Shown here: piece after piece, positions 51,772-62,824 of the stretch
Layout of the letters: each line of letters starts with the position of its first letter
How positions within the stretch are numbered: the stretch's first letter is position 1
DNA from: Alphaproteobacteria bacterium
GTDB lineage: Bacteria; Pseudomonadota; Alphaproteobacteria; UBA7879
DNA length: 64,000 nt
Reading direction: 5' to 3'
Assembly (NCBI GenBank): GCA_965178295.1
Contig: CBCXTT010000002.1
Location: 101,178 to 165,177, forward strand
Program-made: the position numbers and the translations under genes
The notes under the pieces: model-generated
The model's input: the letters and a program-made list of their open reading frames with translations, nothing else
What the model was told of the DNA's origin: nothing
Database searches by the model: none

Positions 51772-52863
51772 ATGATTAATACAGTTTATATCACAATATC
51801 AACTGGTTTTGCTATCTTTTCCATGTTTTTTGGCTCGGGTAACCTTGTTTTTCCCTTGGCTTTAGGAAAAACAGTCGGCACGACTTATGGATATGGATTC
51901 GCCGGCCTTGTGTTAACAGCCATTGCAACGCCACTGTTAGGCTTCTTTGCCCTACTGCGCTGCAATGGTAAAAGCTGCACATTTTTCCGCCCTCTTGGAC
52001 AAAAACTCGGTGCAGCTGTTCCGCTCATCATTATCCTGATTATTGGCCCATTTGGTGGAATTCCTAGGTGCATTACCGTTGCACATGGCAGCACACTCCT
52101 GACTGGAGATTTCCAGATACCCCTTGTCTATTTCAGCCTTGTAAGTGCAGGCATCATTTATCTTGCCTCCTTTGATGAAACAAAAGTGCTGCCTATACTA
52201 GGTACTATCTTGACCCCTTTTCTTCTCTTGTCTCTGAGCCTTATAATTTACTATGGTGTCGTAGACGCCCCAGCCCATTCACATAGCATGAAAAAACTAG
52301 ATGCTTTTTGGACAGGCTTGCATATCGGTTATCAAACTATGGATCTTTTAGCAGCTATCTTCTTCGCCCCAGCAATTATCGCATACATGTCTTCCAAGCT
52401 CAAAGCACAGGACTACAAGCCTAAGTTTAGGAAATGGATGATCAGTTGTGCCTTTTGCATTGGTGGAGGCCTCCTGTCCCTTGTCTATGGTTCTTTTATC
52501 TATTTAGGTGGAAGTTATGCAGAAACACTTGAACGCATCCCTATGGAAAGTGGACTGGCTACTATTGCATTACATACTTTAGGAGCCCATGCAGGAATTG
52601 TGGTAAGCCTTGCGATTACCATGGCATGTTTGACAACAGCCATTATTTTGGTATCCGTTTGCGCAAGTTATCTCCAACAAAATGTACTAGACAAGAAGAT
52701 TTCTTTGCACAATCTCAATTGTGGCATACTATCCACAGCTGTCGTTGTATCTATTTTTTCCTTTGAAGGTATAGTTTGGGCATTAAGCCCTGTACTAGAA
52801 GTATTCTACCCATTTCTGATCCTTCTTGCTTTCTATGCTATCTTCCGTAAGACCAAACATTAA
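51772..52863 (+). CDS. brnQ: Branched-chain amino acid carrier, BrnQ/LIVCS family (copy 1)
   Basis: GFAIFSMFFGSGNLVFP, GPFGGIPR, GYQTMDLLAA, ACLTTA; start ATG 51772. Confidence 0.9.
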   Translation: MINTVYITISTGFAIFSMFFGSGNLVFPLALGKTVGTTYGYGFAGLVLTAIATPLLGFFALLRCNGKSCTFFRPLGQKLGAAVPLIIILIIGPFGGIPRCITVAHGSTLLTGDFQIPLVYFSLVSAGIIYLASFDETKVLPILGTILTPFLLLSLSLIIYYGVVDAPAHSHSMKKLDAFWTGLHIGYQTMDLLAAIFFAPAIIAYMSSKLKAQDYKPKFRKWMISCAFCIGGGLLSLVYGSFIYLGGSYAETLERIPMESGLATIALHTLGAHAGIVVSLAITMACLTTAIILVSVCASYLQQNVLDKKISLHNLNCGILSTAVVVSIFSFEGIVWALSPVLEVFYPFLILLAFYAIFRKTKH

Positions 52864-53267
52864 TCCTTGTCCACGTTACATAAGTATTGCAAATACTTAT
52901 TATAGAGACGCCTCCTGATGACTGCAAGTATTGCGGTCATACACCGTGCATACAGATATAGAGGTTTCCGATATTGTGCATAGGTATAAGCATTGCATCC
53001 GCTGTTCTGGGTATGGTGAACATCACATATTCTTCGCTACAGGATTCCCGTCAGTTTTGAGCAAGCGCTTGGCGGTGTATTGATTAATGAAAATTGGAAG
53101 CAATCATCAAATTATTTGCATACATCCAGATGTCGCTCCCTTAATGTCTCGATCATTGAGTCAAAAAATTTCGCCAATCAGACCCGGATCCCCTGTTGAA
53201 ACAGAGTCTCTGGTCTCCAAACAATCGCCGTATGAGTATCGCATTTTACATCAAAGAACACAATCAT
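52860..53267 (-). pseudogene. Possible degraded gene coupled to the carbonic anhydrase
   Basis: ATG directly follows the CA stop (TAG ATG); 136 codons with 3 internal stops: MIVFFDVKCDTHTAIVWRPETLFQQGIRV*LAKFFDSMIETLRERHLDVCK*.. Confidence 0.3.
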
Positions 53268-53855
53268 CTAAAGTGGGTTGAATGTTTGTTCATCTGGATT
53301 AAACTCCTCTAACATACCCTGAGAGATATGAAAGAACAAAAGATGAATTGCAAGCCGACCCTGGTCAAGACGTTTTTTTATCCATGGAAATGTACGTAAA
53401 TTATTGCCTGAGTGTACTAAGCTTTTTTTTGCACAACTTTCTATATCGGCGCACACTGAAAAATCTGGAATAATTTTAAGCCAAGCCGACAAAAAATCAT
53501 CTTGCGGCATATCTTGCGTCATATGCGCCTCAATCCCTCCGCACTGACTATGGCCTAAGATAATGATTGAAGGTATATCCAAATAGCATAGACCAAACTC
53601 TAAAGCTGCGCTGGTTCCATGATGATGTGTACCAACACCACCATAGGGCGGCACAAGGTTTGCGACATTGCGCACCATAAATATATCGCCTGGATCACAC
53701 TGAAATAACAGCGCCGGATCCACCCGAGAATCTGAACACGCAACACACAAAGCCTTCGGGTGCTGCCCCTTTTTGCTAAGGTTTTCCATTAAAGATCCAG
53801 GCCCGCTCACATATTTTTCTCGAAAATCTTTATATCCTTTCAGCAATAGCTCCAT
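53268..53855 (-). CDS. Beta-class carbonic anhydrase
   Basis: GQHPKA..ACSDSRV, PGDIFMVRNVAN, SAALEF, GHSQCGG Zn ligands. Confidence 0.96.
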   Translation of the reverse strand: MELLLKGYKDFREKYVSGPGSLMENLSKKGQHPKALCVACSDSRVDPALLFQCDPGDIFMVRNVANLVPPYGGVGTHHHGTSAALEFGLCYLDIPSIIILGHSQCGGIEAHMTQDMPQDDFLSAWLKIIPDFSVCADIESCAKKSLVHSGNNLRTFPWIKKRLDQGRLAIHLLFFHISQGMLEEFNPDEQTFNPL

Positions 53856-53971
53856 ACGCACAACCCTTATACCTAAACTCCCGCCCCCAATACCCCACAA
53901 TCAAAAGCCATATTTAGACGAAACAAGTTAATACTTGCAAACAAACGCGGGGTTCCAATAATATCCCATCT

Positions 53972-55048
53972 ATGGGTAACAATTCTTATATTATAGTATC
54001 CACAGGATTTGCCATCTTTTCAATGTTTTTTGGCTCAGGAAATCTTGTGTTTCCTTTAGCGTTGGGTGAAAGTGCTGGCACGCAGCACATGACAGCCTTT
54101 TATGGTTTGATGCTCACCGCTATTCTGATCCCATTTGTTGGACTATTTGCGGTATTACGCTTAGAAGGTAATATACAGCGTTTCTTTGCTCCACTCGGGA
54201 AAAATCTTGCTTACGCATTGCCACTAATCGTGATTCTTATTTTATGTCCTTTCGGCGCCATCCCACGATGTATCACGGTTGCCCACGGATCGCTCATGCT
54301 CGTACTCGCAGACACTCCTCTTATCTATTTCAGCATGTTAAGTATAGCGATCATATATTGCTCCCTGTTTGACCAAGAAAAAGTGATTCCCCTTCTCGGA
54401 ATCATTTTAACACCTTTTCTACTATTAGCGCTTAGTCTTATTGTATATTACGGTGTAAATAATGCGCCCCTCCTTTTGTCGTCTACCGTGCAAAACGGTT
54501 TTACCGCGGGATTGTTTGCCGGCTATCAGACGATGGATCTACTCGCCGCACTCTTTTTTGCTCCGACTATTATCCTCTATATGCGCACCCACTTTAAAAA
54601 GTATAATTTGCCACGAACAAAACAAGACCGGCTTATTAAGGCCGCATTCATTGTAGGAGCTGGGCTGCTCGCGCTTGTATATGGGTTTTTTGTTTATCTA
54701 GGCGCCGCGTATACGAGTGCTTTTAATGGATATCCGGTAGAGCAGAGCCTTACTATTATTGCGTTCCAAACACTGGGGTCATATGCGGGTATGATTGTGA
54801 GCCTCGCAGTCATTACTGCGTGCCTTACAACAGCAATCATCCTAACATCCGTATTCTCCACCTACCTATATGTGTCTGTATTGAGAAAAAAATTTCCACT
54901 CCGCCAAATACACTTGATAACATTAAGCATTTCCTTTGTTGTCTCTACTTTCTCATTTGGAGGCATCGCAGCCTTCTTAAATCCAATCTTAGAAATCTGT
55001 TACCCCATACTCATTGCACTGACGCTGTACGCGCTCATTAAACGATGA
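53972..55048 (+). CDS. brnQ: Branched-chain amino acid carrier, BrnQ/LIVCS family (copy 2)
   Basis: Same motifs as copy 1 (STGFAIFSMFFGSGNLVFPLALG, IPRCITVAHGS, GYQTMDLLAA). Confidence 0.9.
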   Translation: MGNNSYIIVSTGFAIFSMFFGSGNLVFPLALGESAGTQHMTAFYGLMLTAILIPFVGLFAVLRLEGNIQRFFAPLGKNLAYALPLIVILILCPFGAIPRCITVAHGSLMLVLADTPLIYFSMLSIAIIYCSLFDQEKVIPLLGIILTPFLLLALSLIVYYGVNNAPLLLSSTVQNGFTAGLFAGYQTMDLLAALFFAPTIILYMRTHFKKYNLPRTKQDRLIKAAFIVGAGLLALVYGFFVYLGAAYTSAFNGYPVEQSLTIIAFQTLGSYAGMIVSLAVITACLTTAIILTSVFSTYLYVSVLRKKFPLRQIHLITLSISFVVSTFSFGGIAAFLNPILEICYPILIALTLYALIKR

Positions 55049-55706
55049 GTAAATTATAATAAATAAATATTGTGCAAAGTTATTTAGGCGCAAGAGAAGA
55101 CTGTCATGCTATAACATATGAAACAAGTTATCATTCTCGGTCTAAGTAATGCATTGATTGGGAGTATATCTTCAAATTTCCAAAGACAAAAAATACAGTG
55201 AGCGTTGCTATTGCAGTCCGTAGAACAACTTGGTTGCACACAATGCTGGAATTGTGGTATCCAGACCACTGATGCAGAGAGGTGTGCAGAAGATGGATTA
55301 ATGATCATCCTATTGATAGCCTCTTTCCTGTCCCGCCTGCTATTGTACGATCGTTTTCTCGGCAGTCATACCAGACTTAATCCCATGATGCATGCCTTGT
55401 ATGCACTCGACATTTACAAAAACCATAGGTACCCCCCGAGAGGCATGCTGTCTAGAAATTTCAAGTTTGAACAATGAATCTCCGCAGTGAAGAAACGCTA
55501 AGGGGAGATGCATTGTAAGTTGTTAAAACGTTTGGTCGGGGCTAACGATCGGATGCGCACAGTCTAACCTGACAGCAAGTCGTACCGCCACTTTATTGTT
55601 TGCTCAATGAGATAAAAAAGTGGATCCGATGATTGTCGCAAATCCAATATATTAATTAAGGAGACATGACATCCTTCACCTAACTTGTTCTAGAGATTTT
55701 CTTGTT

Positions 55707-56618
55707 CTATCGTGCACGTGGGTGTGAATTTTGATACACGTGCATCAAATGCTTTTCGTCTACATACACATATTTTTGAGTTGTTTCTAAAGACGCATGG
55801 CCTAAAAGTTCTTGTATGCTCCTAAGATCTGCTTTCGCTTCTAAAAGATGTGTTGCAAAACTATGTCGTAAAGCATGTGGCGTCACGTATTCGGGTAACT
55901 CTAAATTTTGGCGAATCTGACGCACCATACGCTCTGACACACCGACAGAGAGGCGTTTGCCGCGCACACCATAAAACACCGGATCATTTGCGCGCTTCCC
56001 ATAAGGAGAACGCGCTATGTACGTATCCAGAGCAGCCCGCACAATAGGCAAGAGAGGAATTTGCCGCTCCTTAGAGCGCTTACCCATAACACGCATACAC
56101 TCCCTGCTTTCTAGGGCACTATGATTAAGGTTTAGCGCTTCACTAATACGTATACCGGTACCATACAAGAGCATCAATAGAGCAACGTCTCGACATTGCA
56201 CCCACGACAAGACACTCAAACTGCTACTGTGAGATAAAATATTGTGCACATCTGGTCGAGAAATTGTGCGTGGAATCGTTTTAGGTTGTTTGGGTGTGCG
56301 CACACTTTGAATTTCTACATTGTCAATGATATCATGTTTATTTAAATATCGATAAAATGCTTTAATAGAAGACAGGGCGCGTGCGATACTGGTCTTTTCA
56401 TAGCGTTGTTGGTGACACCATGCCAACCATGCTCTGAAATCACGCGGCTTAAGCGCGGCCAACATATTCAAAGAAGGGACCTCCCCTCCCATATGCTGTT
56501 GCATAAAACCTAAAAAACGTGCGAGATCATCTCTGTATGCTTTAAACGTATGCGGAGAAACATGCTTTTCAAAACAAAGCCAATCATACCAATGTAAGCG
56601 GGCATCTTCAAGTATCAT
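55707..56618 (-). CDS. xerC: Tyrosine recombinase XerC
   Basis: [52 protein letters not shown]; context next to tal and priA. Confidence 0.9.
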   Translation of the reverse strand: MILEDARLHWYDWLCFEKHVSPHTFKAYRDDLARFLGFMQQHMGGEVPSLNMLAALKPRDFRAWLAWCHQQRYEKTSIARALSSIKAFYRYLNKHDIIDNVEIQSVRTPKQPKTIPRTISRPDVHNILSHSSSLSVLSWVQCRDVALLMLLYGTGIRISEALNLNHSALESRECMRVMGKRSKERQIPLLPIVRAALDTYIARSPYGKRANDPVFYGVRGKRLSVGVSERMVRQIRQNLELPEYVTPHALRHSFATHLLEAKADLRSIQELLGHASLETTQKYVYVDEKHLMHVYQNSHPRAR

Positions 56619-57271
56619 ATACCCTCTTGTCCTGTTTTGGCCCAATCTTTCAAAAACACATCAAGCCCCCTGTCCGTCAAAGGATGGTTAAGCATCTGCC
56701 AATACACTTTAGACGGTGCCGTCACAACATCTACTCCAACTTGAGCAGCTTGTAGTACGTGCTGCGGATGACGCACAGACGCCGCTAAAATACGCGTATC
56801 TATATTGGGATCATTTTTATAGATTGTAAAAATTTCCTTAATTAGCCCCACACCATCATGTCCAATATCATCAAGACGCCCAATAAATGGTGATATAAAT
56901 GTGGCCCCAGCTTTTGCTGCCATCAATGCCTGTGCTGCAGAAAAACAAAGTGTAGCATTAACCATAATGCCCTCAGCGCTCAATCGATGGCAAGCTTGCA
57001 AACCTGTAGCGGTCAATGGCACCTTAATAGCCACATTCTTTGCAATATTGGCTAGAGTATGCGCTTCATCCATCATTTGCTTGATATCCATTGCAATAAC
57101 TTCCGCACTCACAGGTCCGTCAACAATCATGCATATGTCACGAATAACATCCTTAACAGATCGTCCAGACGCTGCAATTATTGATGGATTGGTTGTAACT
57201 CCATCTACAAGGCCCATATCTTGTAATGCCTCAATTGCTTGTATATCAGCACCATCGATAAAAAATTGCAT
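56615..57271 (-). CDS. tal: Transaldolase, TalC/MipB family
   Basis: [13 protein letters not shown] (Glu) and SPFIGR (Phe) indicate transaldolase rather than FSA; Schiff-base Lys in IKVP. Confidence 0.9.
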   Translation of the reverse strand: MQFFIDGADIQAIEALQDMGLVDGVTTNPSIIAASGRSVKDVIRDICMIVDGPVSAEVIAMDIKQMMDEAHTLANIAKNVAIKVPLTATGLQACHRLSAEGIMVNATLCFSAAQALMAAKAGATFISPFIGRLDDIGHDGVGLIKEIFTIYKNDPNIDTRILAASVRHPQHVLQAAQVGVDVVTAPSKVYWQMLNHPLTDRGLDVFLKDWAKTGQEGI

Positions 57272-57328
57272 GTCGTTTTATCCTCTTATATGATCAATCG
57301 AGACTTATTTTACATAATTGCAAGGATC

Positions 57329-59479
57329 ATGTCAGCAGAAACTCCTACCATTGGACAAGTACTTGTTCCCAGATCCTTTTCGGGCCCTCTTGACTATGAT
57401 TTGACAGAAGATGCTAAGATCGGGCAAATTGTTCAAATTCCTCTAGGGAAGAAAATGGCATATGGCGCTGTTTGGGGCATGTGCAAAACATCGGATATTG
57501 CAATACGTAAATCTATAGACAAAGCATTTCCCTATACATTATCATCAGAAAATAGGCAATTTATCGACTGGGTTTCGGCCTATACTATGGCGTCAAAAGG
57601 TCTTGTCTTAAAGATGATGATGGGCATACCTGATTTATTTAAACACAACAAACCCACTTATACATACGCACTTCAAAGCCACGGAATCGTGCAAATGACA
57701 GATGCACGCCAGCGTGTGTTGAGCGCTCTCCAAAACACTACCATGACTAAACGTGATTTATGCCATGCGGCCAACGTTTCGCCAAGTGTTATCGATGGGC
57801 TGCATGCAAAGGGCGCATTAAGCCGCACAGAGAAGGTCGATCCTATACCACAAAAACCCAATCCCAGATTTAGCCCATGCATTTTTTCTTCAGAACAGAA
57901 AAAAGCCAGCGATATACTGTTCAGCGCAACACAAGATGGTGGTTTTTCCACAATATTACTCGAAGGTATCACGGGGTCAGGTAAGACAGAAGTATATTTT
58001 GAAAGTATTGCTGCTGCTCTTTCCTCTGGCCAACAATCGCTCATCCTATTACCCGAAATTGCCTTAAGTGAACAATGGATTGATCGATTTAAAAAACGCT
58101 TTGGGGTCATACCCGTAATTTGGCACTCAAACATGTCCCCTAAAAATCGTAAATCAGCCTGGAACTATGTCATTACAGGAGAGGCCTACGTTGTCATAGG
58201 CACACGATCTGCGCTATTTTTACCGTTTAAAAATCTGGGATCCATCATTGTAGATGAAGAGCATGACAGCAGCTACAAACAAGAAATGGGTGTATTATAT
58301 CAAGCACGAGATATGGCTGTCGTACGAGGAAAAATACATGGATGCCCCATTATTTTATCATCTGCAACCCCTGCTCTCGAAACGCATCACAATGTGGCAA
58401 TAGGACGATATAGACAGTGCCAGCTTAAAGATCGCCATGGCACAGCAGTATTACCTAACATACGACTGATTGACATGCGTGGGCAAGCCGGAAATAAGCA
58501 ATATATTTCACCTCTCTTGGTGCAAGAAATTCAGAAAAATACTGCAAACGGTAAGCAGAGCCTTATTTTTCTCAATCGGCGTGGGTATGCTCCGCTCCTT
58601 GTATGCACAAGGTGCGGAGAACGTCTTTCTTGCCCTGCCTGCAGCACATATGCCGTCTATCATAGGCATAAAAATCAAGTAAGGTGCCACCATTGCACTT
58701 ACCAGCACCCATTTTCTAATAGTTGTACATCATGTGGGGGAAAAACACTCATACCCTTTGGACCAGGTGTGGAGCGCATTGAAGAAGAAGCAAAACAACA
58801 TTTTCCCAAAAGCCACATTTTACTCATGACAAGTGATACATTAGATCAGCCAGAAACATTACGAATATCTCTTAGAAAAATACATGAAAAACAAGTCGAT
58901 ATAATAATTGGTACACAAATAATGGCAAAAGGACATCATTTCCCAGATCTAACACTTGTGGGTATCATTGATGCAGATATGGGGTTAGACACCATGGACA
59001 TGCGCGCCAGTGAACGTACATATCAGTTGTTAGAGCAGGTATCGGGCCGTGCTGGGCGCTCAAATGCAGCCGGCACTATTTATCTTCAAACACACATGCC
59101 CACTCACCCCCTTTTTCAATACTTGAAAAACTATGATCGCGCGGGGTTTTTATCTCTTGAAATGCATCAGAGAGAAATGATGCAGCTTCCTCCTTTTAGC
59201 CGCCTTGCAAGCATTATAATTTCCAGTAAATCCCCTGATGATGCCGCCGACTATGCCAAGCTTTTTGGTCAACACGCCCCTCATTACGATAATGTGGAGA
59301 TTCTGGGTCCGGCACTGGCTCCCCTACGCCAAAGGCAACACTGGCATCGCTGGCGCTTTCTTGTGAAGTCCCCACGAGATATAAATATACAAAAAACTTT
59401 AGAAGATTGGTGCAAATCTTGCCCAATACCTCGTGCGGTACGTCGCACAATAGATATCGATCCATACGTTTTCTTATGA
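57329..59479 (+). CDS. priA: Primosomal protein N' helicase PriA
   Basis: GITGSGKTEVY, VDEEHD.SYKQ, Cys-rich region with 4 CxxC, QVSGRAGR, IDIDP. Confidence 0.97.
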   Translation: MSAETPTIGQVLVPRSFSGPLDYDLTEDAKIGQIVQIPLGKKMAYGAVWGMCKTSDIAIRKSIDKAFPYTLSSENRQFIDWVSAYTMASKGLVLKMMMGIPDLFKHNKPTYTYALQSHGIVQMTDARQRVLSALQNTTMTKRDLCHAANVSPSVIDGLHAKGALSRTEKVDPIPQKPNPRFSPCIFSSEQKKASDILFSATQDGGFSTILLEGITGSGKTEVYFESIAAALSSGQQSLILLPEIALSEQWIDRFKKRFGVIPVIWHSNMSPKNRKSAWNYVITGEAYVVIGTRSALFLPFKNLGSIIVDEEHDSSYKQEMGVLYQARDMAVVRGKIHGCPIILSSATPALETHHNVAIGRYRQCQLKDRHGTAVLPNIRLIDMRGQAGNKQYISPLLVQEIQKNTANGKQSLIFLNRRGYAPLLVCTRCGERLSCPACSTYAVYHRHKNQVRCHHCTYQHPFSNSCTSCGGKTLIPFGPGVERIEEEAKQHFPKSHILLMTSDTLDQPETLRISLRKIHEKQVDIIIGTQIMAKGHHFPDLTLVGIIDADMGLDTMDMRASERTYQLLEQVSGRAGRSNAAGTIYLQTHMPTHPLFQYLKNYDRAGFLSLEMHQREMMQLPPFSRLASIIISSKSPDDAADYAKLFGQHAPHYDNVEILGPALAPLRQRQHWHRWRFLVKSPRDINIQKTLEDWCKSCPIPRAVRRTIDIDPYVFL

Positions 59480-59484
59480 ATTAT

Positions 59485-60381
59485 TCATGTGGCAGCGCAG
59501 CAACAGAATTGTGCAGAGAAGATAGCACTAACACGACGATACCTGCTTCTTGCTCGCACTCGCAGGTATCGCTTACAAGTCATACATACTCTCATCCCCT
59601 GCTCACTTACCCCATAAGATCTTTCTTGAACGCAAACGAACTGAGCGTGAGCATACACACGCTCCTCCTCTAAGGCGTACTGACACTGAAACCGGCTGGT
59701 GTGTGTCTCGGCATGTGCGGTCTGTATAAAATATGCAGAAGATTCGTCAAATCCGCTGTACATACGCAAGAGCAGTTATTCGCCTTAACACCTCGTGGAA
59801 ACTTTCACTTCACTCTCTTCTAAACTATCTACTCTGTATCCTGGTACAATACCACTGGTCAGCGACAGATTGTTCCTCTGTTGTGCGTATATCGTGCTGC
59901 TTTAAAGTGCCGCAGGATATATAGCTCATCCCTGCACTTTTTCATAACTTTTTTCTTTCCACGAATTCGGCCTGCACCCTCAAGGCATCCAAAGCATTAC
60001 GATTCTGATAGGCTGGCTAAAAACTTTTCTCGCCCTTTCTGGCGCTTTTCCACTATCTCATCACTCAATTGTGTGTCTAGGCCACTCAAAAAAGGTGCAT
60101 ATCCTACATTGAGTTTCCTCACTACTTCGGCATGATCTTCTGCTAAAGTACGTGCGAAAAATTATCCCCACCTTCGTCTCATAAGGTACAACATCATTGT
60201 TCCACCTATAGTCTAATGCAACGCGCCCAGTGATGATGTATACAATTCCTCATATCATGGGAGTATCGATCAACTTCATTGACACACGATCCGTCTTTCA
60301 TCACGTAATGCAGACATAGGCGGCAATCCTTAATAGGCCCAGCATCAATAAAGAAAGGGGGCGCCAACTTGGTGCTCCCAT
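59485..60381 (-). pseudogene. Fragmented, possibly exported orphan gene downstream of recG
   Basis: Signal-like MGAPSWRPLSLLMLGLLRIAAYVCIT* (60381-60301), then protein-like FARTLAEDHAEVVRKLNVGYAPFLSGLDTQLSDEIVEKRQKGREKFLASLSES* (60158-59997). Confidence 0.4.
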
Positions 60382-60450
60382 ACATTAATCTCTATCAATA
60401 CTAGAATTGCATTATAATGGTTACTTATGATTGATTATAACAGCCGGTAA

Positions 60451-62505
60451 TCATCCAGAGCTTAAGTATGTCATTGACCGATCCTGTCCAAATAAGTGCA
60501 GCAAGCATCTAAGCGCTTGCCCTCTGAGACTTGTGAGATCAGGGTCTTTCGCCAAAAAAGTAATAACTTCTTCACTGGCCGCCTGCATAAGGGATACATC
60601 ATAAGGGTTGGCAAAAACATAATCCGGCATACCGCTCTGTTTTGTGCCCAAAATATCTCCCCCACCTCTCAATTTCAGATCTTCTTCAGCAATTTTAAAT
60701 CCATCCAGCGTCTCACGCATCAGGTGTAGACGTGCAATGCCAGTTTTAGATACACCTTGACCATATAAGAGAACACAAGCTGACGACAGAGTGCCTCGCC
60801 CAACACGCCCGCGCAATTGGTGGAGCTGCGCTAGACCAAACCGCTCCGCATGTTCAACAATCATAACCGTTGCGGCTGGCACATCCATACCTACTTCTAT
60901 GACAGTAGTGGAAACAAGAACCAAAAGCTTTCCACAGAAAAAACTGTTCATGATACGATTTTTTTTATCTGCTTTCATCCTGCCATGGATCAGCGCAACT
61001 TTTCCGGGAAACAACTTGTCCAAGATCTCAAAACGCTTTGTTGCGGGCCCAAGGTGGAGCAATTCCGATTCCTCAATAAGCGGGCATACCCAATACACTT
61101 GTTCTGCACGCTCTAACACGCGTACCAACCCATTTTGGACATCGTGCACGCGGCTTAAGGGCAAAACACGCGTTACAATGTCTAACCGTCCCTTAGGTTT
61201 CTCGTTCAAAACTGATATCTTAAGCTCGCTATATAGTGTTAATAAAAGCGTTCTAGGGATAGGTGTCGCACTCATCACAAGAAGATCCACATAAACTCCC
61301 TTAGACATCAATTGAAGGCGCTGCTCTACACCAAAACGATGCTGTTCGTCAATCGCAGCAAATCTAAGGTCTTTAAAAATTACCGCCTCCTCTAACAAGG
61401 CGTGCGTGCCGACAGCAAGTTGAATCTCTCCAGAAGCTAATTTCTTTCTTAATTTCTGCCGATGATGTTGTTGGCCAGTGAACAACCCAACGTCCATCCC
61501 AAAAGGTGTCACTAATGATTGTAATTTCTCGTACTGTTGTCGTGCTAAAATTTCTGTTGGAGCTAGAAAAACTGCCTGATGACCATTTTGCACAGCATTA
61601 AGCATCGCCAGAAAAGCAATCACCGTTTTACCGCTACCTACATCTCCCATCAACAGGCGTAACATTCTATGCGGCGCTTCCATGTCTCCTAAAACATCTT
61701 GAAGCACCGCTTCTTGTCCCATTGTGAGAGTAAAGGGTAATGCGTCTCTAATAGATGTCATAAAATCCAGGTCTATTTCCATTGTAGAACCTGGACGCTG
61801 GCAATGATAACGACGCACTAATGCCATAGCCAGTTGATCTGCTAACACTTCATCGTATGCTAGCCTCATCCTTGCTGGGCTTTGGTGTGTTAAAGCATCA
61901 GCATCGTTAGGATGATGGGCCTGAATAAGAGCATCCCGAAAAGATGGCCATTGCCACCTATCCATTGTCTCTTTTTCAATCCATTCCCCAAGGATAGGTA
62001 CGCAGTGCAGCCCCTGAGACATGATAGCCTGAAATGTCCGTTGATGCAGGCCTGAGACCAACCCATAAATAGGTGCATAGCCCACATAATCCTTTTTCTT
62101 TTCAGTCAACGAAATCTCTGGGTGCACTATTTGAAAATCTCCGTTAAACATCTCTAAGCGCCCACTTACCAATCGCCACTCCCCTTCAGGGAGTTGTCGG
62201 ATTATATATTCACCTTTAGCATGAAAAAAAACGAGCTGCACCGAGATACTGTCTGCAAAACATGTGACTTGATAACGGCGCCCTATCTTTGTGTGCGTTC
62301 CTATGTTTACCAGAAGTGTTGACAGCCCATTAACTATGCGCGGAGTCTCTAGATACGTACGATATTGCAATTGATGAGGCAAATAAAAACAAAGATCTCG
62401 TATGGTGGGACCAATGCGTTGACATAAACGCTCAGCTGTCTTTTTTCCAACACCTGAGAGGGTTTCTATAGATTGAAAAAGAGGCCATAAAACTTCAGGG
62501 CGCAT
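60451..62505 (-). CDS. recG: ATP-dependent DNA helicase RecG
   Basis: MRPEVLWPLF start, GDVGSGKT, DEQHRFGV, SATPIPRT, QLHQLRGRVGRG. Confidence 0.98.
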   Translation of the reverse strand: MRPEVLWPLFQSIETLSGVGKKTAERLCQRIGPTIRDLCFYLPHQLQYRTYLETPRIVNGLSTLLVNIGTHTKIGRRYQVTCFADSISVQLVFFHAKGEYIIRQLPEGEWRLVSGRLEMFNGDFQIVHPEISLTEKKKDYVGYAPIYGLVSGLHQRTFQAIMSQGLHCVPILGEWIEKETMDRWQWPSFRDALIQAHHPNDADALTHQSPARMRLAYDEVLADQLAMALVRRYHCQRPGSTMEIDLDFMTSIRDALPFTLTMGQEAVLQDVLGDMEAPHRMLRLLMGDVGSGKTVIAFLAMLNAVQNGHQAVFLAPTEILARQQYEKLQSLVTPFGMDVGLFTGQQHHRQKLRKKLASGEIQLAVGTHALLEEAVIFKDLRFAAIDEQHRFGVEQRLQLMSKGVYVDLLVMSATPIPRTLLLTLYSELKISVLNEKPKGRLDIVTRVLPLSRVHDVQNGLVRVLERAEQVYWVCPLIEESELLHLGPATKRFEILDKLFPGKVALIHGRMKADKKNRIMNSFFCGKLLVLVSTTVIEVGMDVPAATVMIVEHAERFGLAQLHQLRGRVGRGTLSSACVLLYGQGVSKTGIARLHLMRETLDGFKIAEEDLKLRGGGDILGTKQSGMPDYVFANPYDVSLMQAASEEVITFLAKDPDLTSLRGQALRCLLHLFGQDRSMTYLSSG

Positions 62506-62758
62506 CGATCTCTTCTTGAAGAGTGCATGTAAACTTCCATACTATAGCCCATGAATGTATTAAAAAAAAGCTCTATTTTACAATCCATCATATGGGCGCA
62601 AAAGAAAACGGTAAAACATTTTGTAGCTTTGCAAAAAACATCTGGATAACTGAACGCAATAGGGGCTGAATAAGTATTCCTGCTTACTGGAGGAAAATGC
62701 TCTAATGCTCTTTCCCGAGACAGTTAATCAAAATATTTACAGATTATTAATAAAGCGC

Positions 62759-62788
62759 TTGACAAAGCACAGGTAGGGCAGAGATACT
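62759..62788 (+). promoter_or_regulatory. Sigma70-like promoter
   Basis: TTGACA-18 bp-GATACT upstream of ATG 62825. Confidence 0.45.
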
Positions 62789-62824
62789 TACTTAAGTATT
62801 AATTTTTTGGAGCATAATTTTGTA

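Noticed and set aside
55707-56618. Phage integrase or mobile element
   Set aside because: Sequence and tal/priA context fit chromosomal XerC; no phage or ICE genes nearby
56615-57271. Fructose-6-phosphate aldolase
   Set aside because: Has the Glu (SAEV) and Phe (SPF) residues of transaldolases, not the Gln/Tyr of FSA
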